A stretch of 64,000 nt of DNA from a virus (Duplodnaviria > Caudoviricetes). Below, piece by piece: positions 1 to 7,747 of this stretch. The first letter of the stretch is position 1. Each line of letters opens with the position of its first letter. The notes under the pieces were generated by a model. That model did not search any database. It was not told where the DNA came from and worked only from the letters and a program-made list of their open reading frames with translations. The stretch is from positions 946 to 64,945 of the IMG/VR virus record IMGVR_UViG_3300010371_000003; one strand, written 5' to 3'. The translations under genes were made by a program, and so were the position numbers.

Positions 1-900
1 GTCGAGACTCCTGTACCCACCTCCGTAGGCGATCGCCCGCTCCGCTGCTTTGCCCTCGAGGACCTGCTGGCCGCTCGCCTTGGCCTCCTTGGACCGGATC
101 TGCCAGAGCGCGTCCAGCTTGCCGCGGAAGCAGACGCGGTCCGTGCACATGTCGGCGCGCGCGGCGTCGGGGAACAGCTCGCGCTGCTGGCCCGTCCGCT
201 TGGGGCAGGCCGTGCAAGCGCCGGCCTTGGGCACCAGCGTCGCGCTCGCGATGTCGAACGGCGCCTGATCGAGCCGCAGCAGGTAGCTTTCCTCGAGGCG
301 CCGCTTCGCCTCCTGCGCGGACATCCCCTCCCACAGGCTGTCGAGGGCCTCCGCCTGCAGGCTGGGCGGTACGCGGGCAATCAGGACCGCGACGCCCAAC
401 GAGATTTCCTCCTCGTCGAGGGCGGCGCGTGCCTCTTTGCCGAGCTCGCAGAGCTTGAGGCGCTGGGCGACGTAGGTCGGCGGCCGCCCCAGCTTGTCGG
501 CGATCTGCTGGACGGTTCGGCCGCGTTCGATCATCCGCTTGAACCCGTCGGCCTCGTCGAGCGGGTGCATGTCGTTTCGGTGCACGTTCTCGATCAGCTG
601 GGCGTCGAAGACGTCGTCGTCCGACATCTCGCGCACGATCGCGGGGATCGTCGCGCGCTTCGCCAGCACCGAGCCCGCGTGGCGGCGGTGGCCGAAGACG
701 ATCTCGAAGTCCCCAGCCTTCCCCACACTGGCGCGGACGACGATCGGCTGCAGGACGCCCTTCTCCCTGATCGACGCGACGAAGTCGTCGTCCATCTTCT
801 CGCCGCCGCGGCGGCGAGGCTGGGTCGGGGACTTGTGGCACTGGTCGACCGGAAGCAGGACAACTGTCTCGGTCGCGTTGTTCTCGACGGCGTGGTTCAT
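1..900 (-). CDS. ParB/RepB/Spo0J family protein (3' end outside window)
   Basis: Translated by hand, not in ORF track: MNHAVENN...SIREKGVLQPIVVR...EIVFGHRR...QLIENVHRNDMHPLDEA...IADKLGR...AGACTACPKRTG; SD AGAAAGGG upstream. Confidence 0.92.
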   Translation of the reverse strand, partial: MNHAVENNATETVVLLPVDQCHKSPTQPRRRGGEKMDDDFVASIREKGVLQPIVVRASVGKAGDFEIVFGHRRHAGSVLAKRATIPAIVREMSDDDVFDAQLIENVHRNDMHPLDEADGFKRMIERGRTVQQIADKLGRPPTYVAQRLKLCELGKEARAALDEEEISLGVAVLIARVPPSLQAEALDSLWEGMSAQEAKRRLEESYLLRLDQAPFDIASATLVPKAGACTACPKRTGQQRELFPDAARADMCTDRVCFRGKLDALWQIRSKEAKASGQQVLEGKAAERAIAYGGGYRSLD

Positions 901-941
901 GTTGCTGATTCCCTTTCTGGTCAGGTCAGCGCGCAGGGGCT

Positions 942-1259
942 TCAGAAGGCGCGCCCGACCTCCCAGCCGGGCTGGTCCGGGTCCGCGACCGGCACTGCGT
1001 CGCTGCACGAACTAGGCGGGATCGAAGAGCGCCGAGCCGCCTCGTTTAGCGGCGCCCCCCTTTGGGCATTTCGCGGCGCCCACGCGCCGCCGGGTCGTCC
1101 AACAGACCCGTCTCCCTGGCCAGGGAAGAGCATCATCCACACCCCGGCGACGAGCGGCGCGAGCACCAGCCCGACGGCGACGGCAACCGCGAGCACCGCG
1201 CCGACCTCCCCTTCGGCGCGGTGCCCGCGTACATGGAGACTTGCCTGAAGGCGCGTCAC
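942..1259 (-). CDS. Hypothetical membrane protein
   Basis: One hydrophobic segment; start overlaps stop of upstream gene. Confidence 0.5.
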   Translation of the reverse strand: MTRLQASLHVRGHRAEGEVGAVLAVAVAVGLVLAPLVAGVWMMLFPGQGDGSVGRPGGAWAPRNAQRGAPLNEAARRSSIPPSSCSDAVPVADPDQPGWEVGRAF

Positions 1260-1552
1260 GACAGCAACGCCTGCCCTTCATCGCCGCGCGCCAGCCACGC
1301 GGTGTTCGCCTCGCGCAGCGCCCGTTCGACCTTGATCAGGGCGTGCAGCGCCTCGAGGGTCGCGGGAGTACTGGCGGCCGGGCCGGCAAGGGCGACGCGG
1401 TAGATCTCGAGCTCTCGCTCACGAAGTCGCATCTCGTCGGTCAGCGCGCGGATGGCCGGGTCGTCGTTGTAGGCCCGGACGTGACACGCGCACAGGCTCT
1501 GCCCGAACGCCGCGTCGTGCTTGCAGTTGAGCTTGGCGCAGTTCACGGTCAC
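1256..1552 (-). CDS. Hypothetical protein
   Basis: GTGA-coupled in operon; Cys/His-rich N-terminus. Confidence 0.6.
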   Translation of the reverse strand: MTVNCAKLNCKHDAAFGQSLCACHVRAYNDDPAIRALTDEMRLRERELEIYRVALAGPAASTPATLEALHALIKVERALREANTAWLARGDEGQALLS

Positions 1553-1890
1553 GCCTCGTCCTCGGTCCTGCCCTCGTCGCTTCCGACGACCTCGCCGTCG
1601 GTCACCGGCGCGAGCCGCCGCGGCGTCATCTCGACGTCGTACGGATGCACGGGCCGCGGCCTACTCGCCCGGACCACGCCCTTGGCGGTCTCCTCCGTCG
1701 TGGGCGTGATCCGGTACAGCGACGCGCCCGCCACGAACGTCGTGAAGGGCTTCGCGTCGCAGTCGTCGAGGCCGGGGACGTCGAGCTGGAGCATCTTCGT
1801 CCCGAACTGCTCGACCTCGCGGACCTGGCCCGCCATGCGGACGTGGCCCATCAACTCAACGATCGCCCAGCCCTCGAACGCCAGAGGCAT
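1549..1890 (-). CDS. Conserved phage hypothetical protein
   Basis: WAIVELMGH..AG...FG...LDVP...SLYRITPTTEE pattern; operon coupling. Confidence 0.8.
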   Translation of the reverse strand: MPLAFEGWAIVELMGHVRMAGQVREVEQFGTKMLQLDVPGLDDCDAKPFTTFVAGASLYRITPTTEETAKGVVRASRPRPVHPYDVEMTPRRLAPVTDGEVVGSDEGRTEDEA

Positions 1891-1893
1891 GGG

Positions 1894-2367
1894 TCAGCTC
1901 ACCCGCGCGGTCGCCAGTTTCAGCTGCGACGGTTCGATCTCGACGGTCGCGAACCCGCCGACGTTGCGTCCGAACCACGCCCAGGCGGCGCCGTCGAACA
2001 GGAACTCGAACTCCAGCGCGACCGACGGCCGGCTGTCCTCGGTCTTCGCCTTCGTACCCGTCGCCTTCTTGCCGAAGCTGCGCGGCACGAACACCTTGTC
2101 GGTCCGTGGGTTGTCGGCTTTCTCGCCGGCGACCACGACGTGCAGGTCGAGCGAGGCGATCACCTCGTCGATGGGCATCACCGCCTTTTCGAGACCGCCG
2201 GTCTCGAGTGCCTGCAGGACCTTCAGCCCCTCGCCACCCAGAGCCTTCGCCAGAAGCACGTCGAACTCCCGCGTTAGCTGGACGGTCATCTTCCGGACCA
2301 TCTGGCTGTCGATCAGCTTGCTCTTGACGGCCACCTTCGTGATTTGCATCTCACACGCCAGTTGCAT
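1894..2367 (-). CDS. Hypothetical protein
   Basis: SD AAGGAG; globular composition. Confidence 0.75.
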   Translation of the reverse strand: MQLACEMQITKVAVKSKLIDSQMVRKMTVQLTREFDVLLAKALGGEGLKVLQALETGGLEKAVMPIDEVIASLDLHVVVAGEKADNPRTDKVFVPRSFGKKATGTKAKTEDSRPSVALEFEFLFDGAAWAWFGRNVGGFATVEIEPSQLKLATARVS

Positions 2368-2566
2368 CGTTCGCTCCTTGGGTCGTCGGAATCGTTGTCG
2401 GTTCGCCGAAGTGGCAGTCGACGCAGGGCAGCCCGTCGTGCGGCGGGTCCTTGTCGGCCTTCACGAGGTACTTCAGGGCCTCGCGGCGCTCCTTGTGGGG
2501 CTCGCACAGCCAGACCCACTCGGAGAAGGCGCGATCGAGCTGGTAGATGCGGACGGGTTTGCTCAT
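2351..2566 (-). CDS. Small hypothetical protein
   Basis: MSKPVRIYQL...CVDCH; ATGA overlap with initiator stop. Confidence 0.55.
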   Translation of the reverse strand: MSKPVRIYQLDRAFSEWVWLCEPHKERREALKYLVKADKDPPHDGLPCVDCHFGEPTTIPTTQGANDATGV

Positions 2567-3633
2567 CCGGCTGCCGCCTTCGGGGGGTGGCGCTCTCGCT
2601 GCAGCGTCTGGCGCATCTCCTCGAGCTGCTCGGGCGTCCACGTCTTCTCGCCGGCGGCCCGCAGCTCGGCGACCTTCCGCTCGGTGGCCGCCGCCAGTGC
2701 GTCGGTCAGCAGACCCGGGTCGCTCTGTCGCGTGCCGCTGGCCGCCCTTGCGTGCCGACACTCGGGGCAGCTGTCGTGCCCGCCGTCGCGCGGCAGCTTG
2801 CCGCGTGTACCGTGCGCGCGGTGGAACGCGCAGCGCTCGTCGGCGGCACCCCGCTTCGCCGGCACGCGAAGGCCTCCCCATTCCTGGACGAAGAACACGA
2901 ACGGGTGGCGGCGCTGTACCGTGCGCGGCTCGGTGCTCCCCAGGAACTCGGCGAACATTTGAGGCGCGCGCGCCTGCGCCTCGCGTCGCTCCCGGTCGGG
3001 GATCGGTTCCAGCACCAGGTCGAGCTCGCCGCAGGCCTTCGCGTCGCCGGCGGCGCCGTACGTGATGCGGCCGTACTTCGCGCACCAGGCCTCGCCAAAT
3101 TTCGCGCGCCAGTCCCAGGCAGACCAGATCTTGGCCTCCGGTGTGCTACGCGCGGGCGCGGGCGGGACGGGGGGATCAAGAGCGGGAGCGGGAGCGGGAG
3201 CGGGAGGAGCGACATTTGCCTGCAAACGGCGGACATGTGCATCTCGCTCAGCCCAGGCCTTGCGCGCGGCCTCCTGTCTAATCTCGCGTAATGTAAGCCC
3301 CTTTTCCTTGCGCTGGGCCTCCCGCTGCCAGCGCTTGAGGACGTAGTCCGGGGCGTGGTCCTCCAGGTCGTGGACGCGATACACATGTCCGCCGTTTGCA
3401 TCCGTTTGCACGTCAACGAACCCGGCCTGCTTCAGAGCAGCGGCGAGCTCGCCGGGCTCGCCGCGCCAATCGGCGATCACCTCCAGGGCCTCGGCGTCGC
3501 CGACCACCGGCTCCCCGGAGGCGTAGCAGGTCTCCCAGATCAGCTCGAGGACGCCACGAGCCAGGGCGCGGCCCTTCAGCCGCGCCGACAGCTTCGCGAA
3601 CTTCGGGTGCGAGCTGAGGGTCGGGCGGGCCAT
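2563..3633 (-). CDS. Putative phage replication initiator
   Basis: N-terminal HPKF..L....LW...IADWRG...AAL...GF winged-helix-like domain, Pro/Ala linker, internal inverted repeats; position in replication module. Confidence 0.7.
   Translation of the reverse strand: MARPTLSSHPKFAKLSARLKGRALARGVLELIWETCYASGEPVVGDAEALEVIADWRGEPGELAAALKQAGFVDVQTDANGGHVYRVHDLEDHAPDYVLKRWQREAQRKEKGLTLREIRQEAARKAWAERDAHVRRLQANVAPPAPAPAPALDPPVPPAPARSTPEAKIWSAWDWRAKFGEAWCAKYGRITYGAAGDAKACGELDLVLEPIPDRERREAQARAPQMFAEFLGSTEPRTVQRRHPFVFFVQEWGGLRVPAKRGAADERCAFHRAHGTRGKLPRDGGHDSCPECRHARAASGTRQSDPGLLTDALAAATERKVAELRAAGEKTWTPEQLEEMRQTLQRERHPPKAAAG
3221..3400. repeat. 19-bp perfect inverted repeat inside initiator gene; candidate replication origin
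   Basis: TGCAAACGGCGGACATGTG (3221-3239) / CACATGTCCGCCGTTTGCA (3382-3400), extra CCGTTTGCA at 3402-3410, AT-richer spacer. Confidence 0.65.
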
Positions 3634-4104
3634 CTATGACGCCGCCAGCCTTCGCAGCTTGGCGCCAAGCCGCGGGTCCGACGCGACCTCCGCATCGACC
3701 TTCCGGACGCACCACATCGCGCTCGTGTGGTCGCGGCGTCGTGTGATGGCTGCAACCTCCGGGTACGAAAGCTTGCGCACCCGGTAGAGCGCCCAGGCCG
3801 CCCAGGCCCGAGCTCGGCTGGCGGTTCGCGATCGGTCGGACCCGATGAGCTGGCCGACCTCCACGCCGGCAACGCGGGCCACGCGCTCGATGACCACCAC
3901 GTGCGTCTCGACGAGCTGACGATGGGTGCTCAGCTGCCGCCGCTGGCGTACGCGGCCATCCGCGCTGGCGCGAGCTCGCGCGCGGCCCATGCCCAGCACA
4001 ACTGCGGCCTTGACGGTCTCCAGGCACGCCCGCAAATCGCGGTCAGTTTCGGTCCAGCGCGCGAGGAAAAGCTCCTCGAGCGCGTCGAGCGATGGCGACC
4101 TCAT
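3634..4104 (-). CDS. Stand-alone DnaA C-terminal (domain IV) helix-turn-helix protein
   Basis: VARVAGV..GQLIGSDRSR..SRAR..A.W......SYPEVA....RDHTSAM...RKV. Confidence 0.85.
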   Translation of the reverse strand: MRSPSLDALEELFLARWTETDRDLRACLETVKAAVVLGMGRARARASADGRVRQRRQLSTHRQLVETHVVVIERVARVAGVEVGQLIGSDRSRTASRARAWAAWALYRVRKLSYPEVAAITRRRDHTSAMWCVRKVDAEVASDPRLGAKLRRLAAS

Positions 4105-4364
4105 GCCGCCGCCTCGTCATCGGAGACCTCGATTTCGAAGGTGATCGGGCCGGCCGTTCCCAGGCAGTCGAAGCACCTGACAAATTCCTTCGCGACCTGG
4201 GGCGCCTTGATCTCGTCGCCGCCGATGATGAACCCGTCCGGGTAAACGTCGACGACCCGACCGGGTAGGACACGCTTCATCGCCACGGCGATCGGGCACC
4301 GGCATGGGTCGCCGGCCACGCCGTCGACGATGTCGCCCGGCGTCACCTCGACGACGACCCTCAC
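4101..4364 (-). CDS. Hypothetical protein
   Basis: VRVVVEVTPGDIVDG...CRCPIAVAMKR; coupled at both ends. Confidence 0.65.
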   Translation of the reverse strand: MRVVVEVTPGDIVDGVAGDPCRCPIAVAMKRVLPGRVVDVYPDGFIIGGDEIKAPQVAKEFVRCFDCLGTAGPITFEIEVSDDEAAA

Positions 4365-4966
4365 GACTGCGCCTCGGCGTACGAGTGATAGGCGAGCAGG
4401 AATTCCCGCTCCGCGCGCTCTGGCGCCCACGGATCGATCGGCGCGTGGTCGGATGGACCGGTCTTCCATGCGGCCGTCGGGTGCATCAGGTCCCGCCGCT
4501 CGGCGATCAGGACCTCCCGGTCGGCGGCGTGCACCTCGTCGGGTAGGTGCAGCAGCTTCTCGCCCAGGCCGAGATCGAGACCGATCGTTAACGACCAGAG
4601 GTTTTCGAGCGTCTTGTAGCCGGCCAGGGCGCGCTTGAGCGGCCGGATGATGTCCTGCAGGTAGGCCTCGCTCGCGTCGTGCAGCAGGCCGACCAGCTGA
4701 TTGGGCGGCGTGCAGAGGCGCGAGACCAGGACGCTGTGCTGGGCGACCGAGTACATGCCCCGGCAAGCACCGGCGAACCTGCACTGCAGCGACAGGTGGT
4801 GGGCGATGTCGCGGATGTCGACGTCGCCGACCTGCGGATCCTGGGGCCAGAACTTGCGGCCGGTGAAGGTGACGCCCCAGTCGCCGATCCGCTTGTCGTC
4901 CGGGAGGGGACAGGGGCGGCCCTCGCGCTGGTGCGCGGTGGCGAGAGCGAACTCGGGGAACGTCAC
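4361..4966 (-). CDS. HD-domain phosphohydrolase (YfbR/YfdR-like deoxynucleotidase)
   Basis: DIAHHLSLQCRFAG...YSVAQHSVLVS...LLHDASEAYLQDIIRPLK. Confidence 0.9.
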   Translation of the reverse strand: MTFPEFALATAHQREGRPCPLPDDKRIGDWGVTFTGRKFWPQDPQVGDVDIRDIAHHLSLQCRFAGACRGMYSVAQHSVLVSRLCTPPNQLVGLLHDASEAYLQDIIRPLKRALAGYKTLENLWSLTIGLDLGLGEKLLHLPDEVHAADREVLIAERRDLMHPTAAWKTGPSDHAPIDPWAPERAEREFLLAYHSYAEAQS

Positions 4967-5320
4967 AGCCGCGACCCCGCTGGCGGCTCAGCGCAGACGC
5001 ACGCCGCGCCGAGGTCCCGCCCGTCAGCCGCGACGCGGTGCTCGAACCACCCGTCGACCACCAGCGGCGAGCACATCGCCCGGCAGGCGGCCATCTGGGC
5101 GGCGGCCGGCGGGATGGCAGCGGGGGTGGCCGCTGGGCGCGGCTTGCAGCTCAGGATCCCGGCGATCGCCAGGAGGCAGGCGGCGGCGATTCCGGCGCGC
5201 CCGCGGGCCTCGCCAGGACGACCATGCTGCACCGCCCCTTTTCGCTCACCGGATGGGGTAAGCGGGGCGCTTGTTCTCGGGTTTCGTGCCTCGGTAGCGT
5301 CGAGCCGGGCTTGCCGTTCT

Positions 5321-5349
5321 TGGTGACCCCATCGGGAATCGAACCCGAG
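5321..5349 (-). other. attP core: 3' end of a tRNA (T-arm, acceptor strand, CCA), Glu-like
   Basis: Minus strand CTCGGGTTCGATTCCCGATGGGGTCACCA about 310 bp downstream of integrase; no canonical 5' half. Confidence 0.8.
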
Positions 5350-5425
5350 ATGATCAGGGCCAAGAGTTTGGCCAGTTTCGCCCGCTCGGCTACCGAAGGC
5401 ACCCATCGGGCCTTCGGTATCTCGC

Positions 5426-5660
5426 ATCGCCGTTCAGCCTCCTAGTGGACCGTTGCCGCTTGCATTGAAGGGAACGCACTTGTCGAGGATGCGAGCCACA
5501 CCAACGGCAAACGGCCCACCACGAGACTGAATGGCTCGATTGTGTGCCGGTAAATACATCCTCGACGAGCGCAACGATAAAGCGCGGGTTCGTGGCGCGT
5601 CAATGAAAATTCACACAACGGCGTATTGACTGTCGCCGCGACCCTTGATAGTGCCGCGCG
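5426..5660. ncRNA. Candidate structured RNA (long stem, pseudoknot, hairpin) between attP and integrase
   Basis: 5426-5462 pairs with 5502-5540; loop GTCGAGGATG 5482-5491 pairs with CATCCTCGAC 5557-5566; hairpin 5586-5604/5625-5644. Confidence 0.55.
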
Positions 5661-5661
5661 C

Positions 5662-6876
5662 CTATTGGTGTTTTAGCCGCCTGCGATCGGCGATATTTTT
5701 TTCGGGCGCTCGCTGCGGACCGCGCCGCTGCTCCTCGAGGGCGAGGCGTTCTTTCTCGCGCGCATCTTCCATCCGGTCGCGCACGACGATCGTGTCGATG
5801 TTGCTGTAGATGTCGTATCGCTCAAACGCGGTCGCTGTCGCGTGCCCGCTCATCTGCATGATGTTGCGGGTGTCCTCGCCGCGCCTGCGCGGCAGCGTGA
5901 TGAACGATCGGCGGCAGTCGTGGAGCCAGAGCGCGCCGCTGGGACCGACCATGCCCCGGCGCTCGGCCAGCGCGCGGAACCGCACGGTGAGGTGGCCGGG
6001 CTCGTAGTGGGTCCAGGTCTTCGGCGAGACGAAGACGTATGGGTTCCGGTACCGATGCGGGAATGGCAGCGTCTGCCAGTAGTCGTCGATCGCCTGCAGA
6101 GCCTCTTCGCTGAGGATCGTGGAGCGGCCCTTGCGCTCGCCCTTCTTCCCCTTCGAGATGCCGGGCGGGATCCGGACGATCCTCAGCGGCTGCCCGTCGG
6201 GCCCCGGTCGTCGGTCGATCCACGCCCGTTGCATCAGCGCCAGTTCGCGCCGGCGCATGCCGGAGCTATGCGCGACCAGCACCAGCGCGCGCTCGAATAG
6301 ATCGGCGTCAGCCAGCAGGTCCTCCAGCGTCAGCGACCCTTCCCGGTTGTCCTCGATCACGTTGAGCCGGACGTTCTCGATCGCCTCGAAGAGGTCGCCG
6401 CGCTCGTACCCGGCGAACGGATTGGCCTGCAACAGCGGCGGCTTCTGGCGGGAGGCCCACCGCGACATCCGCAAAATCAACTCGATCTCGCGGTTGCGGG
6501 TGGTGGGGGTCGTCAGCTTCTTCCGGATGGTCGTCTCGGTCTTGCGGACCTCGCGGTAGTGGCGGACCGTGTGCATCGTCGATTCGGCCACGCGCAGGTG
6601 GCCGATGATCCGCAGGACGTGCTTCGCCCTGCCCTGCACGGTCGTCCAGGACCCCAGCTTGCCGGCCTCGAACTCGGAGTAATGGGTCCAGAGCTCGGCC
6701 CAGGTCAGCGACGCGTGCGGGACCGGCGGTGCCGGCGGTGCCGGTGGCGCCGCCGCTTCACCTGGCGGGCGCGCTGCGAGCAGCGCCATCAGCTGCTTGT
6801 TCTGCTCGGCCTGCGCCCGCGCCGTCTCCACCAAGGCGGCGATCAGCGCAGCCTGCTTGTCCTCATCCTGACCCAT
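5662..6876 (-). CDS. int: Tyrosine integrase
   Basis: SGMRRRE (R), KG (K), LHDCRRSFIT (HxxR), SGH (H), FERY (Y); start placed at MGQDEDK. Confidence 0.95.
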   Translation of the reverse strand: MGQDEDKQAALIAALVETARAQAEQNKQLMALLAARPPGEAAAPPAPPAPPVPHASLTWAELWTHYSEFEAGKLGSWTTVQGRAKHVLRIIGHLRVAESTMHTVRHYREVRKTETTIRKKLTTPTTRNREIELILRMSRWASRQKPPLLQANPFAGYERGDLFEAIENVRLNVIEDNREGSLTLEDLLADADLFERALVLVAHSSGMRRRELALMQRAWIDRRPGPDGQPLRIVRIPPGISKGKKGERKGRSTILSEEALQAIDDYWQTLPFPHRYRNPYVFVSPKTWTHYEPGHLTVRFRALAERRGMVGPSGALWLHDCRRSFITLPRRRGEDTRNIMQMSGHATATAFERYDIYSNIDTIVVRDRMEDAREKERLALEEQRRGPQRAPEKNIADRRRLKHQ

Positions 6877-6966
6877 CACCCGAAGCAAACGACGCAACAC
6901 GGGGCTGCCAGAGTATTGACCCCGTGCGCGGCCTGGAAGGTGGTTTTTGCGGCTCCATTGGACGTA

Positions 6967-7013
6967 GAGGTTTCGAAACCTCGGTCCGATCGCGGTTTCG
7001 TAACTGAAACCGC
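6967..7013. promoter_or_regulatory. Two GGTTTC/GAAACC palindromes upstream of integrase
   Basis: GAGGTTTCGAAACCTC (6967-6982) and GCGGTTTCGTAACTGAAACCGC (6992-7013). Confidence 0.5.
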
Positions 7014-7015
7014 CC

Positions 7016-7240
7016 TCAGCGTTTGCGCGCCCTCTTTTTGCTGACGGGGTCCGGCTCGTCAGGCGGCTCGATCTGTCCCCACTGGCCATGCGGCATGTCG
7101 CTGAACCGCTCCCACGCCCGCCCGCGCGAGTCGACGCCGACGATGCGAGTCCTCACCGCCACGCCGGGCGCGCCCGCCACTGCATTCGGCGGTACGACGT
7201 GGGTTGCGAGATGGATGAACTGGACCTTCTTTCTGAGCAT
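7016..7240 (-). CDS. Small hypothetical protein
   Basis: ORF divergent from RHH gene, upstream of int. Confidence 0.55.
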   Translation of the reverse strand: MLRKKVQFIHLATHVVPPNAVAGAPGVAVRTRIVGVDSRGRAWERFSDMPHGQWGQIEPPDEPDPVSKKRARKR

Positions 7241-7267
7241 GGCGTGTATGTCCTGTGTTCAACAAAC

Positions 7268-7287
7268 GTACACCGGTAGTACACCGG
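7268..7287. promoter_or_regulatory. Tandem GTACACCGG repeat in divergent intergenic region (candidate RHH operator)
   Basis: GTACACCGG at 7268-7276 and 7279-7287, 11-bp period. Confidence 0.5.
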
Positions 7288-7336
7288 CGGATAACCAAAT
7301 TTTGCCGACCCGTGACCGGATGGTAAGCGTCGCGGC

Positions 7337-7519
7337 ATGGCCACAAAGGCGAAGCCCACGAAGAGCAGGGGCCAGCGGAAGCACCGCGGCGTCAGGTTCT
7401 CGGATGCCGAGTGGGCGGAGCTCGAGGCCGCCGCAGAACGGCACGTTATGCCGTCGGCGTCAGCGTTCATCCGGCAGTCGTCGCTGCGCGCGGCGCGGGG
7501 TGAGACGGAGAAGCGCTGA
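7337..7519 (+). CDS. Ribbon-helix-helix DNA-binding protein
   Basis: RGVRFSDAEWAELEAAAERH..SASAFIRQ. Confidence 0.8.
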   Translation: MATKAKPTKSRGQRKHRGVRFSDAEWAELEAAAERHVMPSASAFIRQSSLRAARGETEKR

Positions 7520-7747
7520 AGTCTTCGAGCTAGGATCCACAGGAGGGGCCGGCGAGGTTCCAATGCGGTTGTCGGCGGACACCGCCCAGAAGTTGCTGAC
7601 GGGGCCCCTCCTTCCCCGTCGTGGCTGTCCGGCCGCCCCTGGTAGGTGTCGCTGCAATGCGGATGGTCACTCACCGTTTTTCGCCAGCTTTGCAGGCGGA
7701 AACCTGCTCGCATCCGTTGTGTTGCTGAGGTGGCATCCCCTCGCGGG

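Noticed and set aside
3181-3210. AGCGGG tandem repeat as an array or contingency locus
   Set aside because: In-frame Pro-Ala linker coding
5321-5403. Complete functional tRNA gene
   Set aside because: T-arm and CCA are good, but the 5' acceptor strand does not pair canonically and there is no 7-nt anticodon loop; treated as attP core
4963-5427. 154-aa ORF spanning attP
   Set aside because: Only the part from about 5230 (lipoprotein-like ILSC segment) looks coding; start uncertain, so not listed as a feature
5426-5660. Hammerhead ribozyme
   Set aside because: No correctly arranged CUGANGA...GAAA core found by eye
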